A program made the translations under genes and the position numbers. 24,233 bases of DNA. Origin: a virus (taxonomy: Duplodnaviria; Caudoviricetes). Of the stretch, positions 22,320 to 24,233 are shown one piece after another. Within the stretch, counting starts at the first letter, position 1; each line of letters begins with the position of its first letter. The notes below the pieces were generated by a model. It did not search any database. It saw only the letters and a list, made by a program, of their open reading frames with translations, and was not told the DNA's origin. The stretch lies in IMG/VR virus record IMGVR_UViG_3300037296_000088, positions 1 to 24,233 of that record. The stretch is one strand, 5' to 3'.

Positions 22320-24233
22320 TCACCCGCTTGTCTCATACCAGATATCCAAAAACATATTGGTCGTTTGGCCATTATTACACGCCCCTGCGGTAAGGGTCGG
22401 CGCTGTGGTTATGTTCGAAACGTTCATCCTGATAATGATATAGCTATTGCCTGGGCCAATCTCCGCGAATGGAGCGCCAGATTGCGTCACGCCATCAAGT
22501 CGCACAGTCCCGAAAAATGAATCCTCCGGCGCTCCGCGTGACGCATACGGCAGGCCCCTGACATAAATCGGGTTGCCAGATGTCAAAGATGCAGTGTTAA
22601 GGCCCAAAACCTTTACACGCGCGCGGACTTGACTGCCGATGCGTGAATACTTGCCAGACACAGAACTAACGGTGGCGATATTCCCGCCGGTAGCCGCATC
22701 AGCAAACACAACTGAAAAAGTGCGGTTTTCCTGAATGACGTTAATCTCGTCGCTATTCGTTAGCTTGATGCTTTTCGCTGTAAGCAACCCGTCGTCTGTT
22801 CCCGTTATCTGCCGTGTTAGGTATCGCAGGTTCTTGTCGTACTCGGCTTGGGTGATCGTACCAGTGAAAGAAAACCCGTACCCAATAGCAGTATCTTTGA
22901 ATAGGCCGCTGCCAATCGTTTCAGTTGAAGAACCGCCGCTCAGAGCGATGTCACCAAGCACCACCAGCGCACCTTCGTAGCCGGGGAAGTACGGCCCGAC
23001 CAACATCACAGTATCGTTGTATGCGATCCGGCTGTGGAGGGAAGGAATGTGCAGCGACTTCGTCAGGTTGGTGACGAACGAGCGGTGCTCGCCGCAATAC
23101 TGGCCGTCGAAGTCACCTTGGAACGAGCCCGCCCAGCGGTCGGCCCAGAAGGTCGCAAGCGAGATGTCCTGCGGATTGTTGATGGTCTGCTCGGCGTGGA
23201 TCTTGCCCTGAATGTGCAGGATGTCCACGTCATAGATGCCAAGGCCAATGCCCTTGTGACCTTCGATCTGCAATTTGGTGATCTGCACGTCAGACGCACC
23301 ATTTCCGAACGCTGGATCGGAGTAAATCTCCATTGCTGGAACTGCAAACTCCTGCTTGGTCACTGTCGTTGATGCAGTCTTGTCCAGCGTTACCGTGCTG
23401 CTGCTTTGAAAGACTGTGATTTTAGCACGGTGCAAGCCACCATTGACGCCAGCGCCCTTAACCCAGACGACAAGGCCAACGTGTTCCGCCGTAAAGCATG
23501 GAAAATCAGCAACCAGCGCGGCACTCCCGCTAGTCATGGATGCGCCTGGGGAGCCAAAGATGATCCGCCGTGGGGTGGCGTCCGTTACGCTTTCGTCAAC
23601 GGTAACCGTTTGCGGGCCAGTATAGCTGACGACCTTAGATTTGCGCCGATAGCTGCTACTGCCAGTGCCCCAGATGGACACTGTGCGCCCTGGGTCATCG
23701 GTTGTGCTGAATATCGGCGCGGTGGCGCTTAGCGTTGTTCCACTTTGCGTGACCGTCACGGCAGACGCATCACGAGGTGGGAACGTGTAACCGCCGCCGA
23801 ACGTGGTGATCGTGTCCATGCGAACATTTTGCGGCGTCAGCAGGCTGATGGTGATGTTTTCCCACTCGCCAAACGTAATGTTATTGATGCGTGACTGCGC
23901 GAAAGACGCGCCTTGGATGCCGATTGGCGGGCGGAAGCCAGACGACCGCGTGAACAGGAAGCCAGATATGCCGATGCTGGTTTGGTATGCAGGCGATGCA
24001 TCGTTGCCAGACTGGAAAACAGCGCCAGCCTTCTTGCCTGTGCCGTAGCCGTGATAAGAAACGATGATATTGCACGCGCCGATGCTGCTACCGCCGATTA
24101 TTTCGTATCGCTTGCCGCCCGTATTAGTGAAGTTGATGCTGGCAGTGATTAGGTGCTTTGCGCCAAACCGCAGGATTTTGCGAGTTCCAGACAGGAGCGC
24201 ATTGACTGCGGCCTGAATGGCAGCCGTGTCGTC
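22320..24233 (-). CDS. Second tailspike-like protein (pectate_lyase_3-like), 5'-truncated by the window edge
   Basis: Frame stays open from 23819 to the window end, reading DDTAAIQAAVNALLSG...; C-terminal GKYSRIGSQV...GLPY tail-fibre motif. Confidence 0.82.
   Translation of the reverse strand, partial: DDTAAIQAAVNALLSGTRKILRFGAKHLITASINFTNTGGKRYEIIGGSSIGACNIIVSYHGYGTGKKAGAVFQSGNDASPAYQTSIGISGFLFTRSSGFRPPIGIQGASFAQSRINNITFGEWENITISLLTPQNVRMDTITTFGGGYTFPPRDASAVTVTQSGTTLSATAPIFSTTDDPGRTVSIWGTGSSSYRRKSKVVSYTGPQTVTVDESVTDATPRRIIFGSPGASMTSGSAALVADFPCFTAEHVGLVVWVKGAGVNGGLHRAKITVFQSSSTVTLDKTASTTVTKQEFAVPAMEIYSDPAFGNGASDVQITKLQIEGHKGIGLGIYDVDILHIQGKIHAEQTINNPQDISLATFWADRWAGSFQGDFDGQYCGEHRSFVTNLTKSLHIPSLHSRIAYNDTVMLVGPYFPGYEGALVVLGDIALSGGSSTETIGSGLFKDTAIGYGFSFTGTITQAEYDKNLRYLTRQITGTDDGLLTAKSIKLTNSDEINVIQENRTFSVVFADAATGGNIATVSSVSGKYSRIGSQVRARVKVLGLNTASLTSGNPIYVRGLPYASRGAPEDSFFGTVRLDGVTQSGAPFAEIGPGNSYIIIRMNVSNITTAPTLTAGACNNGQTTNMFLDIWYETSG

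Overview
A segment of a tailed-phage (or prophage) genome, probably from an alphaproteobacterial host (inferred from gene style). From left to right: an HNH endonuclease and a leftward block of small genes, including three tandem HTH paralogues; a perfectly symmetric AT-rich origin-like element; an AAA+/winged-helix replication protein and a Cro-like HTH gene. A rightward recombination/replication operon follows (Sak4-like AAA ATPase, DUF669-type SSB, minimal nucleotidyltransferase, YqaJ-type exonuclease, SF2 helicase, VRR-NUC), then small accessory genes including an SGNH esterase lipoprotein. The leftward lysis module (GH19-like endolysin, holin, overlapping spanins) is split by a ~2.2 kb divergent island. 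Membrane genes and two tailspike-like genes close the window, the last one truncated by the window edge. The two most unusual observations are: (1) the island, in which an apparently catalytically dead serine-resolvase fold plus HTH sits beside a perfect 19-bp inverted-repeat operator, with small genes delimited by cassette-like direct repeats on both arms; and (2) an unannotated ~156-nt tRNA-mimic ending in CCA, with the anticodon arm replaced by a ~97-nt insert, lying antisense just upstream of the endolysin. All calls come from reading motifs by eye; no database searches were run.
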